A DNA stretch of 64,000 bases, taken from the IMG/VR virus record IMGVR_UViG_3300045972_000791, positions 3,154 through 67,153 of that record, one strand, 5' to 3'. A model generated the notes under the pieces. It was not told the DNA's origin, made no database searches, and saw nothing but the letters and a program-made list of their open reading frames with translations. This DNA comes from a virus. The translations under genes were made by a program, and so were the position numbers. This document shows, piece by piece, positions 48,020-57,400 of the stretch; position 1 is the stretch's first letter, and each line of letters starts with the position of its first letter.

Positions 48020-48721
48020 TTATTTTCTTCTATTAGCTCTCTTCTTTGCCTCAGCCTCCTTTATTTTGAGTTGTTTTACCTTCTCTTTTTCTTTCTCTTT
48101 TTTCTTGTTTTTAACAATCTTTTCTTTAGCTTTGTTATACTCTACCATCTTCTCATCGAATGTTTTGATGGATTTGAAAAGTGCCTTCCAATTGACTTTT
48201 CCGTCAATATGTTTTGTTATCTCATTTTTAGACGTTAAATTATATTCCTTCATACTTAATGCAGCGAATGTAATACTTTTTTCAAAACCCCATGTCATAG
48301 AAGGATTTCTTACATCGGGTGGATCTAACAACGCTTGTTTTGGAAGCTTACCGATAAGTTTATCTACTAACCATTTATCTCTTTCAAGTACATAACAATA
48401 CGTGTATACGAAATTTGGAGAGTTTGAAAAGAAACGAATACCATACTCACTTATACTCTTACTTTGTTTAGCCTCATTATTTAATGGTGTAAATACTAAT
48501 ACAACATCATAATATATATTATATTCTTCAGATGGAATAGAAAATGAAAAGATATAATCGTCTTTCTCAGTATATACTGAAAGTTCCATTGGCATTTTAA
48601 GAAAAGCTTTAGCTGCCCTAGTTCTCATATTCTCAATTATTTCATCACGCCTTGCTATATGTGCAGAACCTCTACCTGCAGGATTGGTTAAAAGTTGTTT
48701 ATAATTAATTAAATCTTTCAT
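48020..48721 (-). CDS. Hypothetical phage protein with basic C-terminus
   Basis: Start ATG 48721 overlaps the HNH stop; IPSE...YDVV.VF...FFSNSP.F.YTY. Confidence 0.7.
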   Translation of the reverse strand: MKDLINYKQLLTNPAGRGSAHIARRDEIIENMRTRAAKAFLKMPMELSVYTEKDDYIFSFSIPSEEYNIYYDVVLVFTPLNNEAKQSKSISEYGIRFFSNSPNFVYTYCYVLERDKWLVDKLIGKLPKQALLDPPDVRNPSMTWGFEKSITFAALSMKEYNLTSKNEITKHIDGKVNWKALFKSIKTFDEKMVEYNKAKEKIVKNKKKEKEKEKVKQLKIKEAEAKKRANRRK

Positions 48722-49530
48722 CTTCTTCCTCCAAGTGGAACAGATAAAGCTTCTTCTACAGTCCATCCTGCATATATTCTGTTTCTTACAATACTAGGAT
48801 CCATATTATTAAGTCTAGCTAGTTTAGTAATAGGCGCAGTAATTCCGTTATAAGTTTCAATTCTATTATTTCTTTTATTTAAAGCTTGTTCAGAATAATT
48901 AGCCCATGTACAATTATCTTTAGAATATGGTTTATTATTTTTAACTCGTTCTAAAGTTGCATCTTCTGTTGGAGGATTACCCATATCTTCATAGAATTTT
49001 TCAAAAGAATTCCATGAAGTATCATACTTTATACCACGACCACCATATCGTGCATATGCGCTGTTTTTCGGATTGTCACATCTTTGTCTCATACTAGACC
49101 ATATACTGTAAATTCTTGTTTTTGTCATACTATGTGTTGTAGCAATATTTGCCATAGTTTCAGATCTGAAACATCCACATGACTTTGTATGATTAGATTT
49201 AAGTTTTCCACCTTGTACAATACAATTATTTCCACATTTACAAAGACAATTCCAAAATTTATGCTTACTATCAGAGTGTGAAAATGATGTCACTACCAAT
49301 TTATTAAATTTTTGTCCTACTAAGTCATATCTATTACGAGTTAATGTACATCCACATGATAATGCAGGTGTATCTTTATGAGTTAATCTAATTGTAGGAA
49401 AATTTTTTATATTTCCACATTCACATTTACATTTATATATAGCATTATTACCAATTGTACCTTCTCTAGATACCACTATAAGTTTTCCAAACTGTCTTCC
49501 AATCATTTTAGAATCATTAGATTTTCCCAT
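48718..49530 (-). CDS. Free-standing HNH homing endonuclease
   Basis: Same family as 18732 and 37643. Confidence 0.88.
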   Translation of the reverse strand: MGKSNDSKMIGRQFGKLIVVSREGTIGNNAIYKCKCECGNIKNFPTIRLTHKDTPALSCGCTLTRNRYDLVGQKFNKLVVTSFSHSDSKHKFWNCLCKCGNNCIVQGGKLKSNHTKSCGCFRSETMANIATTHSMTKTRIYSIWSSMRQRCDNPKNSAYARYGGRGIKYDTSWNSFEKFYEDMGNPPTEDATLERVKNNKPYSKDNCTWANYSEQALNKRNNRIETYNGITAPITKLARLNNMDPSIVRNRIYAGWTVEEALSVPLGGRR

Positions 49531-49560
49531 TTACTCCCCCTAACTATAATTTTATAAGTA

Positions 49561-49572
49561 CAATTATATGTT
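49561..49572 (-). promoter_or_regulatory. Late-type promoter
   Basis: AACA TATAAT TG upstream of HNH. Confidence 0.6.
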
Positions 49573-49598
49573 AGGGGGAGTAGTTAATAATACTAAGT

Positions 49599-49608
49599 TA
49601 TAATATGT
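49599..49608 (-). promoter_or_regulatory. Early-type promoter motif ACATATTATA
   Basis: Heads the HNH/sigma-like/primase/RNase H run. Confidence 0.55.
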
Positions 49609-49612
49609 ATAG

Positions 49613-51364
49613 TTATTTTGAGTTCATTTCCATATCAATCAAACCAACTGATACGAATTGACCTGAAGTTATCAGTAGACCAATAATAGAGAATGTTGAA
49701 CGTACAATCTCATAATCTGTTTCTGCAGAGTTGATAATTTCAGTATTAGGGAACTCTTCAAATTCCATTGTCCTAGCATTGAATATAGTCTTCCAATCAT
49801 TACAACAAGCACGTACAATTAAATCAATAGCCTGAGCAGAGTCAGTACCAGTAAGAATACTTGGATGCTTTGCAATAACTTTATCATGTGCAGATTTATT
49901 ATCAATAAAAGAAAGTACTTTACAGAATACTTCTTTAAATGCATCTGCTACAGCATCAATAAGACGATATACTTCCATAGTAGTGAGGAATGTCTTATCA
50001 AAGATTTCATTAGCTAAAACATTTCTAAACTCTTGTTCAGATAGGATCTTAGGGATAATAAGATTTCCACCCATTACAATACCAAACTTGAGTGCTGATT
50101 GACATGCAAATACTGCATCTTCTACAAGAAATTTTTTCGTTTCAATTTCTTGAGGAGTCTCACCACCAACCTTAATAACTACCATACCATCAGATAGTGA
50201 TGCAAGACGATTCTTTAATACTACTACATTAGTATCACGTTCAATATGATCTTCTATTTGGAGAAGCTTTTCTAATTCTCCACGTATAGAATCTATCTTA
50301 GCTGTGATATCTTCCTGACTACCTTTACCACCAAGAAATTTAGTGACTAAATCAGTACCTTTAATTGCAGAGCACTGACCTAAACGATCAAGAGGGAATT
50401 CTCTAAGAGATTCACCTGCAATCTTATTGTAGTAAGCACAACCAATATAGATTGAAAGATCTTCAAATTTAGCAAACGCTTCAGGTGATTCAGTAGCCAT
50501 ATCGATTGCAGCAATTGGCATAGACATGTTCTTAACTTTATTAACATGTAAGAATTCTCTAAAGTTTGAATCATAACCTTTAGCTACTAATAGTAAAGAT
50601 GCTCCCATACCACAAATCTTCTGTATGAGATCACCAACTATTGTCATATCTTCTCCACCTAAAGTACCATTAGTCATAAAAATGAATACATTTTCATGCT
50701 CACATTTAATGCCAGTCTCAGTTGCAGAAGTAGCAAAATACGGATTAATGATACCACGGTTAACTTCAATACCACTAGTTCTTTCATAGTATGTATTAGA
50801 AGTTGAGCCTGATTCTACAGTAATAGAACAATCTCTACCAACTTCAGTAAAGATTTCATGTATCATATCAGCTAATTTAGCATCACTATTAGTTGAAATA
50901 TATGCAACATTCTTAAGGTGATTAGTATCTTCTAAAGAAATAGCACGCTTGAGAATTTCTTCTCTAAGCATATCAGACATGATGTTAAGTCCATCAACAA
51001 CATCTTTAGGAGATAATTCATTACCTGCTGCAGTTACGGCTTTATAAATCTCATTAGATGCAACGACTGCCGAGGTCGATCCATCACCAACACTACGTAC
51101 TAGACGAAAGCTAATACGTTTAAGAAGATCAAGAATAGTTCTAGGGAATGGATGCTTGAAGAAAATTTTACGAAGAACTGAATAACCATCCTTAGTTGCA
51201 AAATGCTGAAGATTATGATCTTGTACAATTGCATGTTTTCCATATGGTCCGAGAGTACTACCTACTGCACCTGCAATGTAATCTAGGGTTTCACCCATCA
51301 ATTTCTTACATTCAACATCATTAATAACATTTGACGAAAATACATTTTCCATAGTTCTCTCCAT
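49613..51364 (-). CDS. groEL: Phage GroEL-like chaperonin
   Basis: STLGPYG, TKDGYSV, VGDGSTSA, IKVGG.T..E......VEDA..A..SA...GIV.GG. Confidence 0.9.
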   Translation of the reverse strand: MERTMENVFSSNVINDVECKKLMGETLDYIAGAVGSTLGPYGKHAIVQDHNLQHFATKDGYSVLRKIFFKHPFPRTILDLLKRISFRLVRSVGDGSTSAVVASNEIYKAVTAAGNELSPKDVVDGLNIMSDMLREEILKRAISLEDTNHLKNVAYISTNSDAKLADMIHEIFTEVGRDCSITVESGSTSNTYYERTSGIEVNRGIINPYFATSATETGIKCEHENVFIFMTNGTLGGEDMTIVGDLIQKICGMGASLLLVAKGYDSNFREFLHVNKVKNMSMPIAAIDMATESPEAFAKFEDLSIYIGCAYYNKIAGESLREFPLDRLGQCSAIKGTDLVTKFLGGKGSQEDITAKIDSIRGELEKLLQIEDHIERDTNVVVLKNRLASLSDGMVVIKVGGETPQEIETKKFLVEDAVFACQSALKFGIVMGGNLIIPKILSEQEFRNVLANEIFDKTFLTTMEVYRLIDAVADAFKEVFCKVLSFIDNKSAHDKVIAKHPSILTGTDSAQAIDLIVRACCNDWKTIFNARTMEFEEFPNTEIINSAETDYEIVRSTFSIIGLLITSGQFVSVGLIDMEMNSK

Positions 51365-51378
51365 AAAATAAAATGTGG

Positions 51379-51390
51379 TAATTTACTGTT
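51379..51390 (-). promoter_or_regulatory. Late-type promoter
   Basis: AACA GTAAAT TA upstream of groEL. Confidence 0.65.
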
Positions 51391-51405
51391 ACATAAAATT
51401 AAAAT

Positions 51406-51441
51406 CTGAATCTGCATACCATCTAAGGTATGCAGATTCAG
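51406..51441. terminator. Palindrome/terminator
   Basis: CTGAATCTGCATACC...GGTATGCAGATTCAG. Confidence 0.65.
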
Positions 51442-51443
51442 GT

Positions 51444-51695
51444 CTATTTTTTCTTAGCTTTTAAAGCCTCTGCATCAAGTGCTTTTTCTCTAGCTCTAGC
51501 TTTAGCTTCAAGCAAACGCTGTTTAGCACTAGCTAGTTCAGATATAAGCCATAAGTCACTTTTCAGAATATCTTCTAATGCCAATTGACCCTCAAAAAGT
51601 TCGAGGACATTGACAATAAAGTCTGATGTCTCTCGCCTAAAGCGAGCCGAAGTGACGATTATGCTTTCTCCATTAGTTTGCTGAAAAGCAAGTTT
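51444..51695 (-). CDS. Start-less ORF, probable -1 frameshift extension of the upstream gene
   Basis: 83 open codons (…DFIVNVLELFEGQLALEDILKSDLWLISELASAKQRLLEAKARAREK…) with no ATG, overlapping the upstream gene end in the -1 frame. Confidence 0.6.
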   Translation of the reverse strand, partial: KLAFQQTNGESIIVTSARFRRETSDFIVNVLELFEGQLALEDILKSDLWLISELASAKQRLLEAKARAREKALDAEALKAKKK

Positions 51696-52867
51696 TCACA
51701 ATCAATATTGATTGCCTCAATTTCATTAGCACAAGCTGCACAAACCATCTTTGGAAGCTGATAGTTTACTTCAAATTTCTTAGCACGCTCATTGATTTCT
51801 TCATTCAAACGATCACCATCAGTTGGTGACAATCTAGATACAATTCTAAGCATTTCATTACGATCTGTAACAGGGAAGAATATTGCTCTTCCTTCATTTT
51901 CTAATTTCTCACTATCTGGAATGAATAGTTGTTTAATGAACAACATCATACCAATGATATTAGAAATATCAGCAATGAATTTAGGATTGAATGCTTTAAG
52001 AAGAATAAGATGATCTGAAAGACTAGGAGTACAAATATCTACTACAATATTAGATGTTGGTAGAAGTACTCTTGAAGTAGTATGTACCATTGAGTTACTA
52101 GCTACATCTTCAGGATTAGATGATTTAGAAATAGAATCTAAATATCCAAATGCAGTTTCATCTTTAATCTGCTGAAGAAGATGAGCACCAATTTTTGCAT
52201 CAATTTTATTTTCACATTTACCACAGGTGATATCAAAATCAGATTCTCCAGGGTATGTTTGAGCGTAGAGACCATACAGAAGAGTTTCTAAGTCATGATA
52301 TGAAGTCATCTTCAACCACTCATCAAACTTAGGTTTAGGAATATTCATTTCAATAATATGATCATATATTGAACGATACAGCTTTCTACGGCTTTCAAAA
52401 GGACTCTCTACCGAGTTAAGAATCCTAATTTTATCTTCAAGACAAAGTGAAGAAATCTTAGCAACATATGCTGATTGAGGGCATACAATCATAAATGTTG
52501 ATTTGTTGTTAAGAATCTTTTCAATAATACCACTTCTACCCATAGCAGATGTAGTATTGATCTGAAGATTAGTTAAATCAATATTTGGATTACCTTTAAG
52601 AATAACTTTTGTTTCATGTTTCTTTTCTTCAACTACAGGTTCTTCTTCTGGACTTTCAAATGATACCTCTTCAATTTTAGGTACTTCTGAGAAAGCATCT
52701 TCAATAGACTGATCAACTACTGGTTCAGGTAAAGTTTCAACTACAGGTTCTACCATTGGTTCAGCAACAACTGCAGCTGCGGCTTGTCTTAATGCTGCTG
52801 GAATTTGAAAACGACTTGGATCTTGAGCTTCTACGACATTGTTTTCTTCACTCATTTCTCTCTCCAT
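51659..52867 (-). CDS. Baseplate hub/tail assembly chaperone-like protein
   Basis: DLETLLYGLY..TYPG...ITC.KC and C-terminal CAAC...LLF pattern; next to a gp25-like gene. Confidence 0.6.
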   Translation of the reverse strand: MEREMSEENNVVEAQDPSRFQIPAALRQAAAAVVAEPMVEPVVETLPEPVVDQSIEDAFSEVPKIEEVSFESPEEEPVVEEKKHETKVILKGNPNIDLTNLQINTTSAMGRSGIIEKILNNKSTFMIVCPQSAYVAKISSLCLEDKIRILNSVESPFESRRKLYRSIYDHIIEMNIPKPKFDEWLKMTSYHDLETLLYGLYAQTYPGESDFDITCGKCENKIDAKIGAHLLQQIKDETAFGYLDSISKSSNPEDVASNSMVHTTSRVLLPTSNIVVDICTPSLSDHLILLKAFNPKFIADISNIIGMMLFIKQLFIPDSEKLENEGRAIFFPVTDRNEMLRIVSRLSPTDGDRLNEEINERAKKFEVNYQLPKMVCAACANEIEAINIDCENLLFSKLMEKA

Positions 52868-53301
52868 TAATGAATTAAAATTTCCGAGGTAACTCTCGAA
52901 GTAGATGTATCTTTCTTAAGCACTATACCAATAAACTTTTCATCAGTCTGACTACCCAATTCAAATGCAACAATTATAGAATTTGTTATATTCTCATTAT
53001 ATGTATTCATATTTTCAACAATAGTGTTTTTAATGTACTGACTACTTGCAGGTACCCATTTACTTACTTGCTCACTAATTTTTGATCTTAAATCAGATAG
53101 TGTAGCATCGTCTAAAAATTCAAAATCATATTTTTGAACTCCTATACCTAGCGAGTAGTTATTAGGATAAGTTCCAGGCTCAGTTAGTAATAATGTTTGT
53201 AGACGAAGAGCTAAAGCTCTCACACCAGTTTCATTATTAACTATATTAAAATCTGTATTAATCTCATATGTTGGCTCTATTGCTAATGGCGAATCTGACA
53301 T
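52867..53301 (-). CDS. Baseplate wedge protein (gp25-like)
   Basis: L..LLLTEPGTYP....LG.G...Y.FE. Confidence 0.75.
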   Translation of the reverse strand: MSDSPLAIEPTYEINTDFNIVNNETGVRALALRLQTLLLTEPGTYPNNYSLGIGVQKYDFEFLDDATLSDLRSKISEQVSKWVPASSQYIKNTIVENMNTYNENITNSIIVAFELGSQTDEKFIGIVLKKDTSTSRVTSEILIH

Positions 53302-53337
53302 ATTATCCTCCGTTTCAATATATTTGTTAATATTGTT

Positions 53338-54072
53338 TTATTTAGGTAATAGTCCCAAAGATCTATTAGTTACTGCTCTTTTACCAAAAAGTGATATTGC
53401 CTTTTTGTCATATAAAATTGCTAATTTTAGAGGATCATTTCCTTGCGCTATATGAATGGTTTTACCTTCATAAATCATATTTGACATAAATTTAGAACCA
53501 TTTGGTTTGTTAACTCTAAAAACGCCTTTATATCCAGTAACTCTTACTTTGTTATTAGCTTCAGTTATTTTAGCAGCTCTCATATTACAATTAAGATGAC
53601 TAAATTCTATATTGCTTAAATCAAAATACATTTCTTTCGGATTAGGTGCATTCATCCAATCAATAATGTGATCTATTGATAGATCTGTAATTGTCAGTTC
53701 TTCCCCACATCTATAACATTTTGTATAATTTAAAGCACTAAGCATATTATATATATCATAATAATTTTTTGAAGTTTTTTTATTATTTGCTTGCAGATTT
53801 TTTTCTCTCACTTCATCAATTTTTTTAAGAGCTTTATTAATTCTTTTAGTAATTGAACTAATTCTTGTTGTATCAGTAAATTGTCTACATACATTCTCTA
53901 AATTTTTTAATATAAACAATTCAGGATGTATAAATTCTACTTCCTTATTTTCCTCTTCAAGTTTATTAATAAGTGCATTTTTAATATCTCTTATTAAAAT
54001 ATATCTGGCTTTTCCATAAGACATTCCTAGTTTTTCTTTTTTAAGATCTTCATATTTTTCTCTATAATTCAT
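53338..54072 (-). CDS. HNH endonuclease with C-terminal AP2-like domain
   Basis: CYRCG...SIDHI...N....H..CN; TGYKGV...A..YDK.A..LFG..A.TN. Confidence 0.85.
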   Translation of the reverse strand: MNYREKYEDLKKEKLGMSYGKARYILIRDIKNALINKLEEENKEVEFIHPELFILKNLENVCRQFTDTTRISSITKRINKALKKIDEVREKNLQANNKKTSKNYYDIYNMLSALNYTKCYRCGEELTITDLSIDHIIDWMNAPNPKEMYFDLSNIEFSHLNCNMRAAKITEANNKVRVTGYKGVFRVNKPNGSKFMSNMIYEGKTIHIAQGNDPLKLAILYDKKAISLFGKRAVTNRSLGLLPK

Positions 54073-54095
54073 AATTCCCCCTAATTTCAGTTAAT

Positions 54096-54160
54096 TAACT
54101 ATTTGTTATAAAAGTCAATTAAACTAGAATTAGAAAGAATTTTATTGAAACATATAATTG
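54096..54160. promoter_or_regulatory. Divergent pair of AACA-N6-YR promoters
   Basis: Minus 54096-54107 AACA AATAGT TA; plus 54149-54160 AACA TATAAT TG. Confidence 0.6.
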
Positions 54161-54195
54161 TATAAAGTCACATTATAGCAAGGGGTATTGATCTC

Positions 54196-54942
54196 ATGAA
54201 CAATTACAAGTGCCCTATCTGCTCTAGGGGATACATAAACACTGATGGATTATTTCACCATGTAGATAAAGATCATCACGATTCTCTACAGGGAATGACA
54301 AGTAAACAATACTGTTTCAATCGTAAGTATAAAATTTCAGGTAGAAATGGTAAAAGCGTTATATCTAAAAAGCCTACTCCTTGGAATGAAGAATTAGGTA
54401 GATATGAACGTTTTGCTAACGATGCTGAAAGACAAGAATATCGTAAGATATTTCTTGAACGTATGCAGAAAACTTATGGAAAAGATACTCTATTAAATGA
54501 TCCTGATGTACAAAAGAAGATGTTAGCTAATAGAAAGATATCTGGAATATACAAATTTCGTAATGGTAAAGAAGTAACTTATACTGGTGATTATGAAAGA
54601 CATTTCTTAGAAGTAATGGATACTTTATTAGAATGGTCACCTGATGACTTATTTGTACCTGCACCACAAGTTATCGATTATCATAATCCACGCACAGGTA
54701 AGATGAGTTTTTATATACCAGATGCGTATATTTCATCACTCAATATGATAATTGAAATAAAATCTGAAGAAAATAAACACTATAGAGAAAGAGACCTTGA
54801 TATTGAAAAAGCTAAAGATGCTGCAACTATTAAGAAGGGATATAGGTTTGTCAAAATATTTGATAAACAGTATCATGAATTATTAAATGCAGTTATTGAG
54901 GCAAGAAATAGTCAATGGTCTAATGGAGATATTTATGATTAG
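54196..54942 (+). CDS. C2H2 zinc-finger plus PD-(D/E)xK nuclease (TnsA/T4 gp4-like)
   Basis: CPIC...H....H; YE..FL; FYIPDAY...IIEIKS. Confidence 0.7.
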   Translation: MNNYKCPICSRGYINTDGLFHHVDKDHHDSLQGMTSKQYCFNRKYKISGRNGKSVISKKPTPWNEELGRYERFANDAERQEYRKIFLERMQKTYGKDTLLNDPDVQKKMLANRKISGIYKFRNGKEVTYTGDYERHFLEVMDTLLEWSPDDLFVPAPQVIDYHNPRTGKMSFYIPDAYISSLNMIIEIKSEENKHYRERDLDIEKAKDAATIKKGYRFVKIFDKQYHELLNAVIEARNSQWSNGDIYD

Positions 54943-55198
54943 TGAATTCTTAGAAAAGAATGGATTACGTAGTACTGTATTAGAAGCAAATGAAATGAGT
55001 ACTGTTGAAAAACATATTGCTGAGAAAAACGCTCTTAATAAGAAACATAAAAATGAAGTAGATTCAATTATAGAAAAGTACAATCATAAAGATGCAGATG
55101 AGTATAAAATGCATCGTGAACTTTCACCAGTACATGAAAAACATAATAAAGAAATTGAAGAAATGGGAATACGACATAAAAAAGAAAGGGGTCTATAA
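54935..55198 (+). CDS. Small charged head-protein-like ORF
   Basis: Start re-assigned to ATG 54935; VLE-A motif. Confidence 0.5.
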   Translation: MISEFLEKNGLRSTVLEANEMSTVEKHIAEKNALNKKHKNEVDSIIEKYNHKDADEYKMHRELSPVHEKHNKEIEEMGIRHKKERGL

Positions 55199-56070
55199 TG
55201 AGTAACATTCAAAACCTTAGTAAAAGATGTATCGAGTATGCTGAAAAGGGTTTATTCGGTATGCTTGCAGAACATCTTAAAGTTGAAAAGAGTAGTATAG
55301 AATCTGATCTATCAGCTCTTAATGAAACTGTAACGGATACTGTTAAACGTGACAAAGCATATCAGGTTGTAACTGAAAATATTTGCACGCTAGCTAATAT
55401 TGCAGATATTCCTAGCTTGAAACGCCATCGTTTAGCATCAAATGCAACTGCTGCTCTTCGTGAAACAGTTATGCTTTTGATTGAAAGTCAGGCTAAACTG
55501 AGTGAAAAAGAAGTTGCTGGCGATATTCTTAATGAATCATTCAGTATGGAAAATTGTTTATTTCTAAATGAAGCTAATCCATATATTACTCATTTTAAAA
55601 ATGAAATTAAAATTCATCCTAAAGCTAAAGGTTCTATGAAGAATCTTACTCATGATGAACGCAAACAGTTCTTTAAAGATGTAGCCGTTAAATGGCATGC
55701 AAAAAAGAAAGAAGCTGCAGGTAAAGAAGCAACTGATCGTCAAATAAAAATTGATAATCATAAAAAAGAAGACTTAAATATATCTGAAGGTTCACATGAT
55801 ATAGCTATGGCTGCACTAAATAAAAGAATTGAAACATTAGAAGACCAAGCAGATGGTTTAGATGTTAAAGGTAATCCAGAATCAAAAAAGAAAGCATCAC
55901 AAATTAGAGAAAAAATTAAAGAATTAAAGGAAGATGTATCTATTCTTAATGAAAAAACTAAAGGTAATCTTGAAGCTCTTAAGAAAAGTGGAAAGATGAA
56001 GACCTTTGAAAAAGGTACAGACAAAGTTGTAGATAAAGATAAAGATAAAAAAGATGATGAAAAAGATTGA
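55198..56070 (+). CDS. Prohead core/inner-head protein
   Basis: Repeated LxE sites (LNE, LRE, LIE, ISE) separating charged modules. Confidence 0.55.
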   Translation: MSNIQNLSKRCIEYAEKGLFGMLAEHLKVEKSSIESDLSALNETVTDTVKRDKAYQVVTENICTLANIADIPSLKRHRLASNATAALRETVMLLIESQAKLSEKEVAGDILNESFSMENCLFLNEANPYITHFKNEIKIHPKAKGSMKNLTHDERKQFFKDVAVKWHAKKKEAAGKEATDRQIKIDNHKKEDLNISEGSHDIAMAALNKRIETLEDQADGLDVKGNPESKKKASQIREKIKELKEDVSILNEKTKGNLEALKKSGKMKTFEKGTDKVVDKDKDKKDDEKD

Positions 56071-56120
56071 GTGAAATAGATATGTGACTGGTACGTTACA
56101 TACTGAAATAGGGTAATAAA

Positions 56121-56153
56121 AATAGGCTTACCCCTCATAAGGGTAAGCCTATT
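56121..56153. terminator. Bidirectional terminator
   Basis: AATAGGCTTACCC...GGGTAAGCCTATT between convergent genes. Confidence 0.7.
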
Positions 56154-56155
56154 CT

Positions 56156-56839
56156 CTATGTTAACTGCGCTTGTTTATTAAATGGTCTTACAACTGTTTT
56201 GAGAAAATAATCTACTCTCTTTAAATATTTTTGTGGATCACGATTTATTCTTACATTACGTGGTCCAGCATTATAACATAGTAATGCAGATTTTCTTCTC
56301 TTTTCCTTGTTTTTAACAGAAGCATAATTTTGGTGAAGTATCTCAAAATAGTATGCTCCCATTCGGACTGCAAAGTCCGAGTCAGTTAGAAGACGTTTCT
56401 TCAGTTGGGCATCTGTATAAGTACCTAGCTCTGGATGTGCAGCTAATACGGCTCTACAGGCAGGGAGTTGTGTTTGCATCTCTCCTAATGATGCTCCTCC
56501 GTCTCCAACTTTATCAAGCAATCCTGCGTGTGTTTCAGCAAGTGCGATAGCTTGAGTATCTTCAGGGTGGCCCGTTTCCTTGCCCACTGAATGGGCTAAA
56601 CGTAGAATTTTAGTTTGTTCATGAGTCAAACCTAATTCATGGCCTGCAAGTTCAACCTTCCCATTGGGCGGTGATACTGTCCCTGTACATCGCTGTAGGT
56701 CAATGACCACAGCTGGTTTGATTGAAGCACCAGCAATAATTATTGTTAAACTGATAATTAATGATGATACAACAACCGCCAGTAGTGCTTTAGTCACCTT
56801 TTTGATAACAGGTACTTCAGCAACAGTGTGTCGGTTCAT
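56156..56839 (-). CDS. SLT-family lytic transglycosylase with N-terminal transmembrane anchor
   Basis: AIALAET (catalytic Glu), SLG.MQ, GAYY, YNAGP; hydrophobic stretch ALLAVVVSSLIISLTIIIAG. Confidence 0.8.
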   Translation of the reverse strand: MNRHTVAEVPVIKKVTKALLAVVVSSLIISLTIIIAGASIKPAVVIDLQRCTGTVSPPNGKVELAGHELGLTHEQTKILRLAHSVGKETGHPEDTQAIALAETHAGLLDKVGDGGASLGEMQTQLPACRAVLAAHPELGTYTDAQLKKRLLTDSDFAVRMGAYYFEILHQNYASVKNKEKRRKSALLCYNAGPRNVRINRDPQKYLKRVDYFLKTVVRPFNKQAQLT

Positions 56840-56842
56840 ATC

Positions 56843-56905
56843 TTACACTCCTTTGTTGTGTTGACTCTTGCAGTATCCATCTTTTTTGGACACTACAAAA
56901 ATCAT
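56843..56905 (-). CDS. 20-aa leader peptide (uORF)
   Basis: AAAGGAGGC-ATG; MIFVVSKKDGYCKSQHNKGV*, stop 3 nt before the muramidase ATG. Confidence 0.4.
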   Translation of the reverse strand: MIFVVSKKDGYCKSQHNKGV

Positions 56906-57011
56906 GCCTCCTTTCGTATTTACTAGGCGTGCTTTGTTGGATTTGCTACGCCAGATATAAAATCGTTCTTTATTATTTGTTAATTAAATTTATTTGAAAA
57001 GGATGCTAAAA

Positions 57012-57365
57012 ATGGGAATCTTACAGACTGTCGTTGAGAAATTACGTATTGCTGCACCCACGATTAAACGTTCACCAAAATGGCCTACTGTACGTGCAGC
57101 TCATATTAAGAAACATGGTAAATGTGCAGCATGCGGTTCCACTAAAACTTTAGAAGTTCATCATATTGAGCCATTCCATCTTAATCCTGATTTAGAGTTA
57201 GATCCTAAAAATCTAATTACTTTATGTGAAAGTACATCAAATGGAGTAATCTGTCATTTATTCATTGGTCACAGCGGTGATTACAAAGCTTATAATCCAG
57301 AAGTATTAGTTGATGCTAAAATTGCTCTTGATCGTATTACTCATCGTCCATACGATAAGAAGTAG
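57012..57365 (+). CDS. Small HNH endonuclease
   Basis: W..VR......CAACG....LEVHHI.P......LD..NL.TLC....CH...H. Confidence 0.85.
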   Translation: MGILQTVVEKLRIAAPTIKRSPKWPTVRAAHIKKHGKCAACGSTKTLEVHHIEPFHLNPDLELDPKNLITLCESTSNGVICHLFIGHSGDYKAYNPEVLVDAKIALDRITHRPYDKK

Positions 57366-57400
57366 ACAATGTATTCCTCTTTTTATTTGAAATTATATAC

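Noticed and set aside
56900-56960. c-di-GMP-I riboswitch upstream of the muramidase
   Set aside because: Has GCAAA/CAAAGC fragments but lacks the recognisable two-stem GEMM architecture.
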